Source of the DNA: Xanthomonas campestris pv. campestris str. ATCC 33913
GTDB lineage: Bacteria; Pseudomonadota; Gammaproteobacteria; Xanthomonadales; Xanthomonadaceae
DNA: 32,000 bases
Assembly: GCF_000007145.1 (NCBI RefSeq)
Contig: NC_003902.1
Span: 490,325-522,324 of the forward strand
Direction of reading: 5' to 3'
In this document: positions 1 through 9,248 of the stretch, piece by piece
Numbering within the stretch: position 1 is the first letter of the stretch
How the letters are laid out: each line of letters opens with the position of its first letter
Made by a program: the position numbers and the translations under genes
Notes under the pieces: generated by a model
What the model was told of the DNA's origin: nothing
What the model saw: only the letters and a program-made list of their open reading frames with translations
Databases searched by the model: none

Positions 1-1258
1 CGTCCAGGTCCAGCATCGCCACGCACAGCGGTTGCCCGCTGCGCTGGGTGCGGGTGGCCTCGCGCTCGAACAGTTCTTCGAAGCCGCGCCGGTTGAGGGC
101 GCCGGTGAGCTGGTCTTCGCGCACCAGCCCGGCGACGTCCTTGAGCTCCTGCTCCAGCGAGGCGATGCGGTGCTCGGCTTCTTCCACCTGGCGGCGCGCG
201 GACAGTAGCTCGTCGCGCGCGGCCAGCGCCTGCGCCTGCACGCCGGCGGTGTCCTGCAACACGTCCTGCAGCAAGCGGTTGAGGTCGGGAATGCTGCGAG
301 CGTCGCCGATCGCCTGCGAATAACCGGCAACGCGGTCGTGGTATTCGCCTGTGCTGGTGGCCATGCCGTCGAGCCGGTCGACGAAGGACACCATCATCTC
401 GCGCATGGCGGTCTTGGAGTCGGCAATGCCCTGCTTGAGCAGGCCTTGCTTGTAGATCACCTCGCGCAGGGTGCCGCGCGCCTGTTCGATCGAACCCACG
501 TCCATCGGCCCGGCGATCAACTGCCGCACCACCGAGATCTGGCCCTGCAGCCAACTGCGATCGTCCAGGAGTTCGCCGACGTTTTCCAACAATAGGTCGA
601 ATAACCCCAGCAACAGGTTCTGTTGCTCGCTGGCATCTTCGGCGCGCAAGCCGATCTGGTGGCTGAGCTCGCGCAGCCGCTGTTCCAGGGTGATCAGTTC
701 GTGGCCGGGTCGCCAGTGGCGCAGTGCCGAGGCCAGCGTCTGCGCTTCTTCGGCCAACTCCGGGCTGCGTTGCAGCAGCGTGGCCAGTGCATTGCCCAGC
801 GCGTGCCGCAGCAGGTCGCGCAGCTGTTCGGCTTCGGTACGGCCTTCGGCCAGCGAATCGCCGGTATCGATGGTGCGGATGTATTTGTCGATCAGCTGGC
901 GCAGGGCGCGCCCATACCCGGGCCAGTCGCCGGCGGCATACGCCGTACTCAGGCGTACGCCCATGTCGCCGAGCTCGCCATGCAGGCTGGCAATGCCTTC
1001 GGCAAAGGCCAGCAGCAAGGCTTCCGGGTGCGCGGCATGCGAAAACAGGCGGATCAGTAGCGCAGTGGCAGCGGCGGGGTCATGCGCGCCCGACTTGGCC
1101 TTGGCCGGCACCAGCTGATGTGCAGCCAATCCAGCGCCGTCGCGCTCGCCCAGCACGCTGGGCAAGGTAGCCGGGCGCGCGGTGCCGGCACCGCCCCATG
1201 GCAGCAGACGGCGCAGCCCGCCACGTGGGCGGTTGGGGTGTTCGGGCTGTTCTGCCAT
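1..1258 (-). CDS. GGDEF-domain protein (putative diguanylate cyclase), first 419 codons; 3' end lies beyond position 1
   Basis: My own minus-strand translation from the ATG at 1258-1256 (MAEQPEHPNRPRGGLRRLLPWGG...) stays open for 419 codons to the window edge. It is absent from the ORF track because there is no stop in the window. The last residues, ...REDQLTGALNRRGFEELFEREATRTQRSGQPLCVAMLDLD, are the canonical start of a GGDEF domain (LTGxxNRR, then hydrophobic-DxD). A coiled-coil-like segment (RRQVEEAEHRIASLEQELKDV) precedes it. The N-terminal ~370 aa are not recognised. Confidence 0.8.
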   Translation of the reverse strand, partial: MAEQPEHPNRPRGGLRRLLPWGGAGTARPATLPSVLGERDGAGLAAHQLVPAKAKSGAHDPAAATALLIRLFSHAAHPEALLLAFAEGIASLHGELGDMGVRLSTAYAAGDWPGYGRALRQLIDKYIRTIDTGDSLAEGRTEAEQLRDLLRHALGNALATLLQRSPELAEEAQTLASALRHWRPGHELITLEQRLRELSHQIGLRAEDASEQQNLLLGLFDLLLENVGELLDDRSWLQGQISVVRQLIAGPMDVGSIEQARGTLREVIYKQGLLKQGIADSKTAMREMMVSFVDRLDGMATSTGEYHDRVAGYSQAIGDARSIPDLNRLLQDVLQDTAGVQAQALAARDELLSARRQVEEAEHRIASLEQELKDVAGLVREDQLTGALNRRGFEELFEREATRTQRSGQPLCVAMLDLD

Positions 1259-1743
1259 GCGCCAGGTCTCGAGGGTGAAGTACCAACGCCACGTTATCGG
1301 CGTTGGTGCAGGGCCCTTGAGCACGCGCGTGCGCGGTTTGCAGACGCGACCGCAGTAACGCCGACGGCCGTCACACGCAAGGGGCGGATTGCGCGCATCT
1401 GAACCAGTTACGCAGATGACGACAGCCACGGCAGCGGCTCCCGATTTCGGTGCAACGCAGACACCGCGCACCTATGTGGGGATGTCATCGCACTGCAATC
1501 TCACGCTTATGCCGAACGACGCAGCAGAACCACTGCAAGGGAATGTGTGCTGTCTTGGAAAGGTCAGCACGTGTTCACGCATCTTTTATTTAGACGGGGT
1601 GTAGATTCACTGACAAGGACGACGTGGAGTACGCGCGTTGGCCCCGCTCCTCTCTTCGTTGCAAGTCGTCTGGCCACGCAGGCAGGCGATGGTTTTTGCT
1701 TCTCTGTTTTTCCGTCTCCACCCACTTTACGACGGACGTTTAG

Positions 1744-3330
1744 ATGGTTGCCATGATGCCGCTTCACGCCACTACCGCACGCCTAGAGCGCAGCACGATG
1801 ATCCCGACTTCGCTCAAGAAGAGCGTGCGGCCGCGTGATGCGCGCGGCCGTTTCATCCGTCACCACGAGCGTCTGCCGGTTGCACTGGCCGATACGCGCG
1901 GTGCCTTGTTCGTGGTGTCGGAGATGGCGGACTTCATCAAGGCCGGCGGCCTGGGTGATGTGGCGGCGGCACTGCCGCGCGCATTGCGCCATCGCTACGA
2001 CGTGCGCGTGTTGATCCCCGGCTACCGCGCGGTGCTGGCGCGCGCGGGCAAGGTGGAGATCGTGGGTCGTGTGCTGGCGCATGCCGCGCTGCCGGCCTGC
2101 GACATCGGCCGCATCGTGCAATCGGACGGCCTGCCGATCTACATCCTGCTGTCCAAGGAACTGTTCGAACGCGATGGCTCGCCGTATGTGAGCACCAGCG
2201 GTTCGGAGTTCGAAGACAACGCAATCCGCTTTGCCACCTTGTCGCACGCTGCCGCGCAGATCGCCGCCGGCCGTGCCGGGCTGGGCTGGCGGCCGCGCCT
2301 GCTGCATCTCAACGACTGGCCGTGTGCCCTGGCTGCCGCCTACGTGCGCTGGTCCGGCGGCACCACGCCGTGCCTGCTGACCATCCATAACCTGGCCTAC
2401 CAGGGCCTGGTGCCGTATTCGATGGCCGCCGCACTGGGCATCCCGGCCGAGCGCGTCTCGGAGCTGGAGTTCTACGGGCAGATGTCGTTCCTGCGCGGTG
2501 GCATCGTGCATGCCGACCACGTCAACACGGTGAGCGTCAGCTACGCGCAGCAGATCACCGGCCCGGCGCAGGGCTGCGGGCTGGACCGCCTGCTGGCCGG
2601 CCGCGCCGCCAAGGGCGCGCTGAGCGGCATCGTCAACGGCATCGACGCCAGCTGGGACCCGCGCACCGACGAATACCTGGACAGCCATTTCAGCGTGAAC
2701 CACTGGCAGGGCCGCCAGGCCAACGCCGCGCAGGTGCGCAAGGCCTTCGGTCTGCGTGAGAGCACCGGCCCGCTGTTCGCGGTGGTGTCGCGCCTGGTGC
2801 ACCAGAAGGGCCTGGACCTGATTTGCGAGGTCGCCCCGCAGATCGTGGCCGCTGGCGGCCAGATCGCGGTGATCGGCGGCGGTGAGCCGGAGATCGAACA
2901 ACAGGTGGCCGAGCTGACCCGGCGCTATCCCGGCCAGGTCGGTGCGTTCATCGGTTTTGAGGAAGGCCTGGCGCGGCGCATGTTCGCCGGCGCCGACTTC
3001 CTGCTGATGCCCTCGCGCTTCGAGCCGTGCGGCCTGAGCCAGATGTACGCGCAGCGCTTCGGCTGCCTGCCGATCGCGCATGCCACCGGCGGGCTGATCG
3101 ACACCGTGGACGATGGTGTCACCGGGTTCCTGTTCCAGCAGGCCAGCGCCGAAGCGCTGCGGCGCTGCCTGGAGCGCGCCTTCCGCACCTTCCGCCTGCC
3201 CAGCCTGCTGTCGGCGATGCGCCGCGCCGCGATGCTGCGGCCCAGCGGCTGGGATGTGGCGGGCAAGAAATACATCTCGCTATACGAGCGCACCGCTGCA
3301 ACCGCACCCGCTGTTGCGACGGTGTCATGA
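1744..3330 (+). CDS. glgA: Glycogen synthase (GT5 family)
   Basis: 528-aa [21 protein letters not shown] matches the N-terminal K-[TA]-GGL-[AG]-DV motif of glycogen/starch synthases. C-terminal [36 protein letters not shown] is typical. The start is ambiguous: ATGs at 1744, 1753, 1756 and 1798 all leave an unusually long basic leader before the conserved core. Confidence 0.9.
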   Translation: MVAMMPLHATTARLERSTMIPTSLKKSVRPRDARGRFIRHHERLPVALADTRGALFVVSEMADFIKAGGLGDVAAALPRALRHRYDVRVLIPGYRAVLARAGKVEIVGRVLAHAALPACDIGRIVQSDGLPIYILLSKELFERDGSPYVSTSGSEFEDNAIRFATLSHAAAQIAAGRAGLGWRPRLLHLNDWPCALAAAYVRWSGGTTPCLLTIHNLAYQGLVPYSMAAALGIPAERVSELEFYGQMSFLRGGIVHADHVNTVSVSYAQQITGPAQGCGLDRLLAGRAAKGALSGIVNGIDASWDPRTDEYLDSHFSVNHWQGRQANAAQVRKAFGLRESTGPLFAVVSRLVHQKGLDLICEVAPQIVAAGGQIAVIGGGEPEIEQQVAELTRRYPGQVGAFIGFEEGLARRMFAGADFLLMPSRFEPCGLSQMYAQRFGCLPIAHATGGLIDTVDDGVTGFLFQQASAEALRRCLERAFRTFRLPSLLSAMRRAAMLRPSGWDVAGKKYISLYERTAATAPAVATVS

Positions 3331-5561
3331 GCGAACGGTTGGGCGTGCACGGCCGGGACGCGGAGCAGGAGATGGCGGAAGGCGGCGGAGGGAGCGCCGT
3401 AGCACTGCAGGACCTGCAGGCGATCGCCGCCGGGCTCCCCGGCGACGCCTTTGCGGTGTTGGGGCCGCACGTGCAGGCCGATGGCCGCTTGCGTGTGCGG
3501 GTCCTGGCGCCCGGCGCCGAGGCTTTGGGGCTGATCGATGGCCGCGGCAAGTTGCTGGCCCGCATGCAGGCCAGCCCGATCGACGGTGTGTTCGAAGGCG
3601 AACTGCCGGCAGATGCCGCGTACCGCCTGCGCATCGTCTGGCCGGACGTGGTGCAGGAGATCGAAGACCCGTACGCGTTTGCGCCGCAGATCGATGAATC
3701 GGCATTGCTGCAGATTGGTGCCGGCGACGGCCAGGCGCTGCGCGCCAACCTGGGCGCGCGGCATGTGCAGGTTGGCGAGTTGCCCGCGGTGCGTTTCGCG
3801 GTGTGGGCGCCGCATGCCCAGCGCGTGGCAGTGGTGGGCGACTTCAACGGTTGGGAGCCACGCCGCCATCCAATGCGCCAGCGCAGCGGCGGCATCTGGG
3901 AGCTGGTGCTGCCACGCGTGGAGACCGGCGCGCGCTACAAGTACGCCATCATCACCGCCGATGGCCGGGTCTTGCTCAAGGCCGACCCGGTGGCCCGCCA
4001 AAGCGAGTTGCCACCGGCCACCGCCTCGGTGGTGGCCAGTGCGGATGCGTTTGCCTGGACCGATGCCGAGTGGATGGCACGCCGCAGCGCCGCTGCCGAG
4101 CCGGCGCCGCTGTCGATCTATGAAGTGCACGCTGCCTCCTGGCGCCGCGACGGCCACGACCAGCCGCTGGACTGGGTGTCGCTGGCGGCGCAGCTGATCC
4201 CGTACGTGCAGGAGCTGGGCTTCACCCATATCGAACTGCTGCCGATCACCGAGCACCCGTTCGGCGGCTCGTGGGGCTATCAGCCGCTGGGGCTATACGC
4301 GCCGACCGCACGGCACGGCAGCCCGGATGGGTTTGCCCAGTTCGTCGATGCGTGTCACCGCGCCGGCATCGGCGTGATCCTGGACTGGGTCAGCGCGCAC
4401 TTCCCCGATGATGCGCATGGGCTGAGCCAGTTCGACGGCAGTGCCACCTACGAGCACGCCGACCCGCGCGAGGGCATGCATCGCGACTGGAATACGTTGA
4501 TTTACAACTACGGCCGGCCCGAAGTCACCGCGTACCTGCTCGGCAGTGCGATGGAGTGGATTGCGCATTACCACCTCGATGGCCTGCGCGTGGATGCGGT
4601 GGCCTCGATGCTCTACCGCGACTACGGCCGTGCCGAGGGCGAGTGGGTGCCCAACGCCCATGGCGGGCGCGAGAACCTGGAGGCGGTGGCGTTCCTGCGC
4701 CAGCTCACCGGCGAGATCGCCAGCCAGTTCCCCGGCGTGCTGACCATTGCCGAGGAATCCACCGCCTGGCCGGGCGTGACCGCGCCGATCAGCGAAGGCG
4801 GGCTGGGCTTTACGCACAAATGGAACATGGGCTGGATGCACGACACGCTGCACTACATGCAGCGCGACCCGGCCGCGCGCGCCCAGCATCACAGCCAGCT
4901 GACCTTCGGGCTGGTGTACGCGTTTTCCGAACGCTTCGTGCTGCCGCTGTCGCATGACGAAGTGGTGCACGGCACCGGCGGCCTGCTTGGCCAGATGCCC
5001 GGCGACGACTGGCGCCGCTTTGCCAACCTGCGCGCCTACCTGGCGTTGATGTGGGCGCACCCGGGCGACAAGTTGCTGTTCATGGGCGCCGAATTCGGCC
5101 AGTGGGCGGACTGGAATCACGACCGCTCGCTGGACTGGCACCTGCTCGATCACGCGCCGCATCGCGGCATGCAACAGCTGGTGCGCGATCTCAACCGCGC
5201 CTTGCGCCGCGTGCCGGCGTTGTACCGCGGCAACCACCGTGCCGATGGCTTCGAGTGGAGCGTGGCCGACGATGCGCGCAACAGCGTGCTGGCCTTCATT
5301 CGCCACGACCCCGACGGCGGCGCGCCGCTGCTGGCGGTGAGCAACCTCACCCCGCAGCCGCACCACGACTACCGCGTCGGCGTGCCGCGTGCCGGCGGCT
5401 GGCGCGAAATCCTCAATACCGACAGTGCCCATTACGGCGGCAGCAATCTTGGCAATGGCGGTCGTCTGCTGACCGAACCGACCGGGATGCATGGCCACGC
5501 GCAAAGCCTGCGCCTGACGCTGCCGCCGCTGGCCACGATCTACCTGCAAGCGGAGAAATGA
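3327..5561 (+). CDS. glgB: 1,4-alpha-glucan branching enzyme (GH13)
   Basis: Start chosen at ATG 3327 (MSERLGVHG...), which overlaps the glgA stop as ATGA. The track ORF from 3027 would overlap glgA by 300 nt. GH13 motifs: [50 protein letters not shown]. Confidence 0.93.
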   Translation: MSERLGVHGRDAEQEMAEGGGGSAVALQDLQAIAAGLPGDAFAVLGPHVQADGRLRVRVLAPGAEALGLIDGRGKLLARMQASPIDGVFEGELPADAAYRLRIVWPDVVQEIEDPYAFAPQIDESALLQIGAGDGQALRANLGARHVQVGELPAVRFAVWAPHAQRVAVVGDFNGWEPRRHPMRQRSGGIWELVLPRVETGARYKYAIITADGRVLLKADPVARQSELPPATASVVASADAFAWTDAEWMARRSAAAEPAPLSIYEVHAASWRRDGHDQPLDWVSLAAQLIPYVQELGFTHIELLPITEHPFGGSWGYQPLGLYAPTARHGSPDGFAQFVDACHRAGIGVILDWVSAHFPDDAHGLSQFDGSATYEHADPREGMHRDWNTLIYNYGRPEVTAYLLGSAMEWIAHYHLDGLRVDAVASMLYRDYGRAEGEWVPNAHGGRENLEAVAFLRQLTGEIASQFPGVLTIAEESTAWPGVTAPISEGGLGFTHKWNMGWMHDTLHYMQRDPAARAQHHSQLTFGLVYAFSERFVLPLSHDEVVHGTGGLLGQMPGDDWRRFANLRAYLALMWAHPGDKLLFMGAEFGQWADWNHDRSLDWHLLDHAPHRGMQQLVRDLNRALRRVPALYRGNHRADGFEWSVADDARNSVLAFIRHDPDGGAPLLAVSNLTPQPHHDYRVGVPRAGGWREILNTDSAHYGGSNLGNGGRLLTEPTGMHGHAQSLRLTLPPLATIYLQAEK

Positions 5562-5562
5562 C

Positions 5563-7320
5563 ATGATCGAGCGCAATGTGACCACGCCCGCCTGGGGTGC
5601 ATGGCCGGCGGGCGACGGGCAGGTGCGCTTTGCGCTCTGGGCGCCCGATGCCCACACCGTGGAAGTGATCTTCGACAGCGGCGAGCGTGCCGCGTTGCAG
5701 CGGCAGGACGATGGGTTTTTCAGTGGTGTGGTGGCCTGCGCACTGGATGCGCGCTACCGCTACCGCGTGGATGGCCAGACGCCGGTGCCGGACCCGGCCT
5801 CGCGCTGGCAGCCCGATGGCGTGCACGGCTCCAGTGCGGTGCAGCGCGTTGACGGCTACCACTGGACGCACACGCAGTGGCAGGGCCGGCCGTGGGACGA
5901 GGCGGTGATCTACGAACTGCATGTTGGTGCCTGCGGCGGCTACGCCGGTGTGCAGGCGCAGCTGCCGCAGCTGGCGGCAATGGGCATCACCGCGATCGAG
6001 TTGATGCCGCTGAGCGCGTTTCCCGGTGCGCACAACTGGGGCTACGACGGCGTGCTGCCGTATGCGCCGGCCGAGGCCTACGGCACGCCGGACGAGCTCA
6101 AGGCACTGATCGACGCTGCACACGGCCATGGCCTGATGGTGTTGCTGGATGTGGTCTACAACCACTTCGGCCCGGACGGTAATTACCTGGGCAGTTACGC
6201 CTCGGCGTTCTTCAACGAAGACAAGCCCACGCCGTGGGGCGCAGCGATCGACTTCCGCAAGCCGCCGGTGCAGCGCTACTTCCTCGACAACGCGCTGATG
6301 TGGCTGCACGAATACGGCTTCGACGGGCTGCGCCTGGATGCGGTGCATGCGATCACGCCCAATGCGTTCCTGGATACCTTGCGCGAGACCATCGAGGCCA
6401 GCCTGCCGGCCGGGCGGCACGTGCATCTGGTGCTGGAAAACGAAGCCAACCAGGCCTCGCAACTGGACCGTGGCTACACCGCGCAATGGGACGACGATTT
6501 CCACAATGCGCTGCACGTGCTGCTGACCGGCGAGGAAGAGGGCTATTACGCCGCGTTTGCCGACCAGCCCACCCAGCATCTGGCGCGCGTGCTTGGCGAA
6601 GGCTTCGCCTATCAGGGCCAGCCCGATCCGCGCGGGCATGTGCGGGGCGAGCCGAGCGGGGCGCTGCCGCCGCATAAGTTCGTGATCTTCGCGCAGAACC
6701 ACGACCAGATCGGCAACCGCGCCTGCGGTGAGCGGCTGAGCGTGTTGGTGTCGCCGCAACGGTTGCGTGCGGCGCTGGCGCTGACCGCATTGACGCCGAT
6801 GATCCCGCTGTTCTTCATGGGCGAGCCGTGGGGCGCAACGCAGCCGTTCCTGTTCTTCACCGACTTCGGCCCGCCGCTCGACGATGCGGTGCGCGAAGGC
6901 CGCCGCCGCGAGTTTGCGCACTTTGCCGCATTCGCCGACCCGGCCAAGCGCGAAACCATTCCCGACCCCAACAGCCATGCCACCTTTGCTGCCTCGCGTG
7001 CGCCGATCGAAGACGCCGCGCACGGCGACGGCGCGCAGTGGGCGGCCTGGTTCCAGGCGCTGCTGGGCGTGCGCCGGCAGTGGCTGGTGCCCGGCCTGGC
7101 GCAGGCGCGCGCGCTGCGTGCCAGCGTGCTGGCCGACGGTGCAGTCACCGCCACCTGGGAGTTGCCGGGCGGGCTGTGGCATATCGCCTTCAATGTCGGT
7201 GCCGAGGCAGTGCCGTTGCCGCCGCTGCGTGGCCGCGTGGCGCATGCCGAGAACGTTACGGCCGATGCGCAGACGCTGCCCACCGACAGCTTCATCGCCT
7301 GGTACGAGGAACACGCATGA
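5563..7320 (+). CDS. treZ: Malto-oligosyltrehalose trehalohydrolase (GH13)
   Basis: 585-aa ORF starting 1 nt after the glgB stop (TGAcATG), with GGAGA upstream. Motifs: GITAIELMPLSAFPGAHNWGYDGVLPYAP, VLLDVVYNHFGPDGNYL, GFDGLRLDAVHAI, VLENE, FAQNHDQIGNR. Confidence 0.87.
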   Translation: MIERNVTTPAWGAWPAGDGQVRFALWAPDAHTVEVIFDSGERAALQRQDDGFFSGVVACALDARYRYRVDGQTPVPDPASRWQPDGVHGSSAVQRVDGYHWTHTQWQGRPWDEAVIYELHVGACGGYAGVQAQLPQLAAMGITAIELMPLSAFPGAHNWGYDGVLPYAPAEAYGTPDELKALIDAAHGHGLMVLLDVVYNHFGPDGNYLGSYASAFFNEDKPTPWGAAIDFRKPPVQRYFLDNALMWLHEYGFDGLRLDAVHAITPNAFLDTLRETIEASLPAGRHVHLVLENEANQASQLDRGYTAQWDDDFHNALHVLLTGEEEGYYAAFADQPTQHLARVLGEGFAYQGQPDPRGHVRGEPSGALPPHKFVIFAQNHDQIGNRACGERLSVLVSPQRLRAALALTALTPMIPLFFMGEPWGATQPFLFFTDFGPPLDDAVREGRRREFAHFAAFADPAKRETIPDPNSHATFAASRAPIEDAAHGDGAQWAAWFQALLGVRRQWLVPGLAQARALRASVLADGAVTATWELPGGLWHIAFNVGAEAVPLPPLRGRVAHAENVTADAQTLPTDSFIAWYEEHA

Positions 7321-9248
7321 GTACGCAGGAACTGCATGCCCTGGCCGCCGCGGCCGGGGTGATGGTGGATTGGGTGGACGCCAGCGACCAGCCGCGCCAG
7401 GTGGCGCCGGAGTCGATCCATGCCGTGCTCACCGCGCTGGAATTGCCCGCTGCCAACGCCGCGCAGCGCGCCGACAGCCTGCAGCGCATCCGCGCCACTG
7501 CCGCCGAGCCGGCGCCGCTGGTGACGGTGAAGGTGGGCGAGCCCTTGCCGTTGCGGGTTGCGCCCAACGCACAGGGCCGCTGGCAGGCCGAAGACGGCAG
7601 CAGCGAGGCCGCGCGTGCCGATGCGCAGGGCCGGCTGTTGGCGCCGGCGCGCTTTGGCTACTGGACGCTGGAACTGGGCACCACGGCCCAGCAGGTGGCC
7701 GTGGCGCCGCAGCGCTGCTTCAGCGTGGCCGACGCCTGTGGCCAGCCGGCGCCGCGTGCGTGGGGCATGGCGCTGCAGGTGTATTCGGCCCGCAGCGCCG
7801 ACGATGGCGGCATTGGCGATGCGGCCGGAGCCATGGAGTGGGTGCGGCAGGCCGCCGGCGCCAATGCCGATGCGTTGGCGCTGAGCCCGGTGCATGCCTC
7901 GCGCCCGATCACCGGCGGCTACAGCCCGTATTCGCCCAGCGACCGGCGGTTCCTGGACCCCTTGCACGCCGCACCGGTGCGCGTGCTGGGCGATGCCGTG
8001 CACACGGCGATTGCTGCCGTGCCCGGCCTGCGCGAGCGCCTGGACGGGCTGCATGGCACCGCATTGATCGACTGGCCGGCCTCGGCCGCTGCCAAGTGGG
8101 AACTGCTGCGCCAGCTGTCCACCCAGGTGACGCCAGACCACCCGGAGCTGGCGGCGTTTCGCGCCCAGGGTGGCGCGGCGCTGGAGGCATTTGCGCACTT
8201 CGCCGCGCGCGACTTCGGCGATGGCGATGCGCACCTGCATGTGTTCACCCAATGGCTGGCCGCCCGCAGCTGGGCCGACGTGCAACGTGAAGCGCACGAG
8301 CGCGGCATGCGGATCGGCCTGATTGCCGATCTGGCGGTGGGCTTTGATCCGAATGGTGCCGAAGCCGCCGCCGCGGCCGACACCGTACTGCGCGGGCTGG
8401 TGCTGGGCGCGCCCCCGGACGCCTTCAATGCCGATGGCCAGCACTGGGGCATCGGTGCGTACTCGCCCACCGCGCTGCGCCGTAGCGGATTTGCGCCGTA
8501 TATCGCGCTGCTGCGTGCGGTGCTGCGCGACCGTGGCGGCATCCGCATCGATCACATCCTGGGCCTGCTGCGGCTGTGGGTGGTGCCCGATGGCGCCAGC
8601 TCCGGCGATGGCGCCTACCTGGCGTATCCGCTGCAGGACCTGCTCAATCTGCTCGCGCTGGAATCCTGGCGGCATCGCGCCATCGTGATCGGCGAAGACC
8701 TGGGCGTGGTGCCGCCGGGCATCCGCGAAGAGCTCTCGCGCCGCGGCGTGATGGGCATCGACGTGCTGATGTTCACCCGCGACCAGGAGGGTGCCTTCGT
8801 GCCGCCGGCGCTGTGGCGTGCGGACGCGGTGGCCACCACCACCACTCACGATCTGCCCACCCTGACCGGCTGGCGCGCCGGCCGCGACATCGACTGGCGC
8901 CGCAAGCTCGAGCTGATCCAGCCAGCGCAGGCGCAGGCCGACCACCAGACGCGCACGCGCGACGCTTCGCGTCTGGACGCGGCCGTGGCCGACGCCGGCC
9001 TGGGCAGCGATGCGCCGTTGCTGGATGCGTTGCGCTTCACCGCCAGCAGTGTGTCGCCGCTGGCCCTGCTGCCGGTGGAAGACGCGCTGGCGCTGGACGA
9101 ACAACCCAATCTGCCGGGCACCGTCGAGGTCCATCCCAATTGGCGCCGACGCCTGCCCGACCCCTTGCCCCAGGCGCAGCTGACCGCCGCGCTGCAGGGT
9201 TTTGCCGAGGCGCGCCGCGTCTCGGCCGTTTCGGAACCGCATCCATGA
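7317..9248 (+). CDS. malQ: 4-alpha-glucanotransferase / amylomaltase (GH77)
   Basis: Start at ATG 7317 (MSTQELHALAAAAGV...), overlapping the treZ stop as ATGA. The track ORF from 6828 is a 5' over-extension. GH77 motifs: YSPYSPSDRRFLDPLH, GLIADLAVG, GIRIDHILGLLRLWVVP, IGEDLGVVPPGIRE, TTTHDLPTLTGW. Confidence 0.88.
   Translation: MSTQELHALAAAAGVMVDWVDASDQPRQVAPESIHAVLTALELPAANAAQRADSLQRIRATAAEPAPLVTVKVGEPLPLRVAPNAQGRWQAEDGSSEAARADAQGRLLAPARFGYWTLELGTTAQQVAVAPQRCFSVADACGQPAPRAWGMALQVYSARSADDGGIGDAAGAMEWVRQAAGANADALALSPVHASRPITGGYSPYSPSDRRFLDPLHAAPVRVLGDAVHTAIAAVPGLRERLDGLHGTALIDWPASAAAKWELLRQLSTQVTPDHPELAAFRAQGGAALEAFAHFAARDFGDGDAHLHVFTQWLAARSWADVQREAHERGMRIGLIADLAVGFDPNGAEAAAAADTVLRGLVLGAPPDAFNADGQHWGIGAYSPTALRRSGFAPYIALLRAVLRDRGGIRIDHILGLLRLWVVPDGASSGDGAYLAYPLQDLLNLLALESWRHRAIVIGEDLGVVPPGIREELSRRGVMGIDVLMFTRDQEGAFVPPALWRADAVATTTTHDLPTLTGWRAGRDIDWRRKLELIQPAQAQADHQTRTRDASRLDAAVADAGLGSDAPLLDALRFTASSVSPLALLPVEDALALDEQPNLPGTVEVHPNWRRRLPDPLPQAQLTAALQGFAEARRVSAVSEPHP

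Noticed and set aside
48-1170. Plus-strand ORFs 48-323, 338-595, 471-1118, 623-1060 and 724-1170
   Set aside because: They overlap one another in all three frames and are Arg/Ala/Ser/Pro-rich low-complexity text typical of shadow frames in GC-rich DNA. The minus strand carries a continuous 419-codon frame ending in a recognisable GGDEF domain start.
3027-3326. 5' extensions of track ORFs into the preceding gene: glgB from 3027, malQ from 6828, treY from 8576, oxidoreductase from 14048, secreted protein from 18410, SDR from 25663, DUF6172 from 26490
   Set aside because: The extensions overlap the upstream coding region by hundreds of nt and encode low-complexity Arg/Pro/Ala text. Internal ATGs that form ATGA/TGA-ATG junctions, or follow an SD, give N-termini matching the expected family starts.
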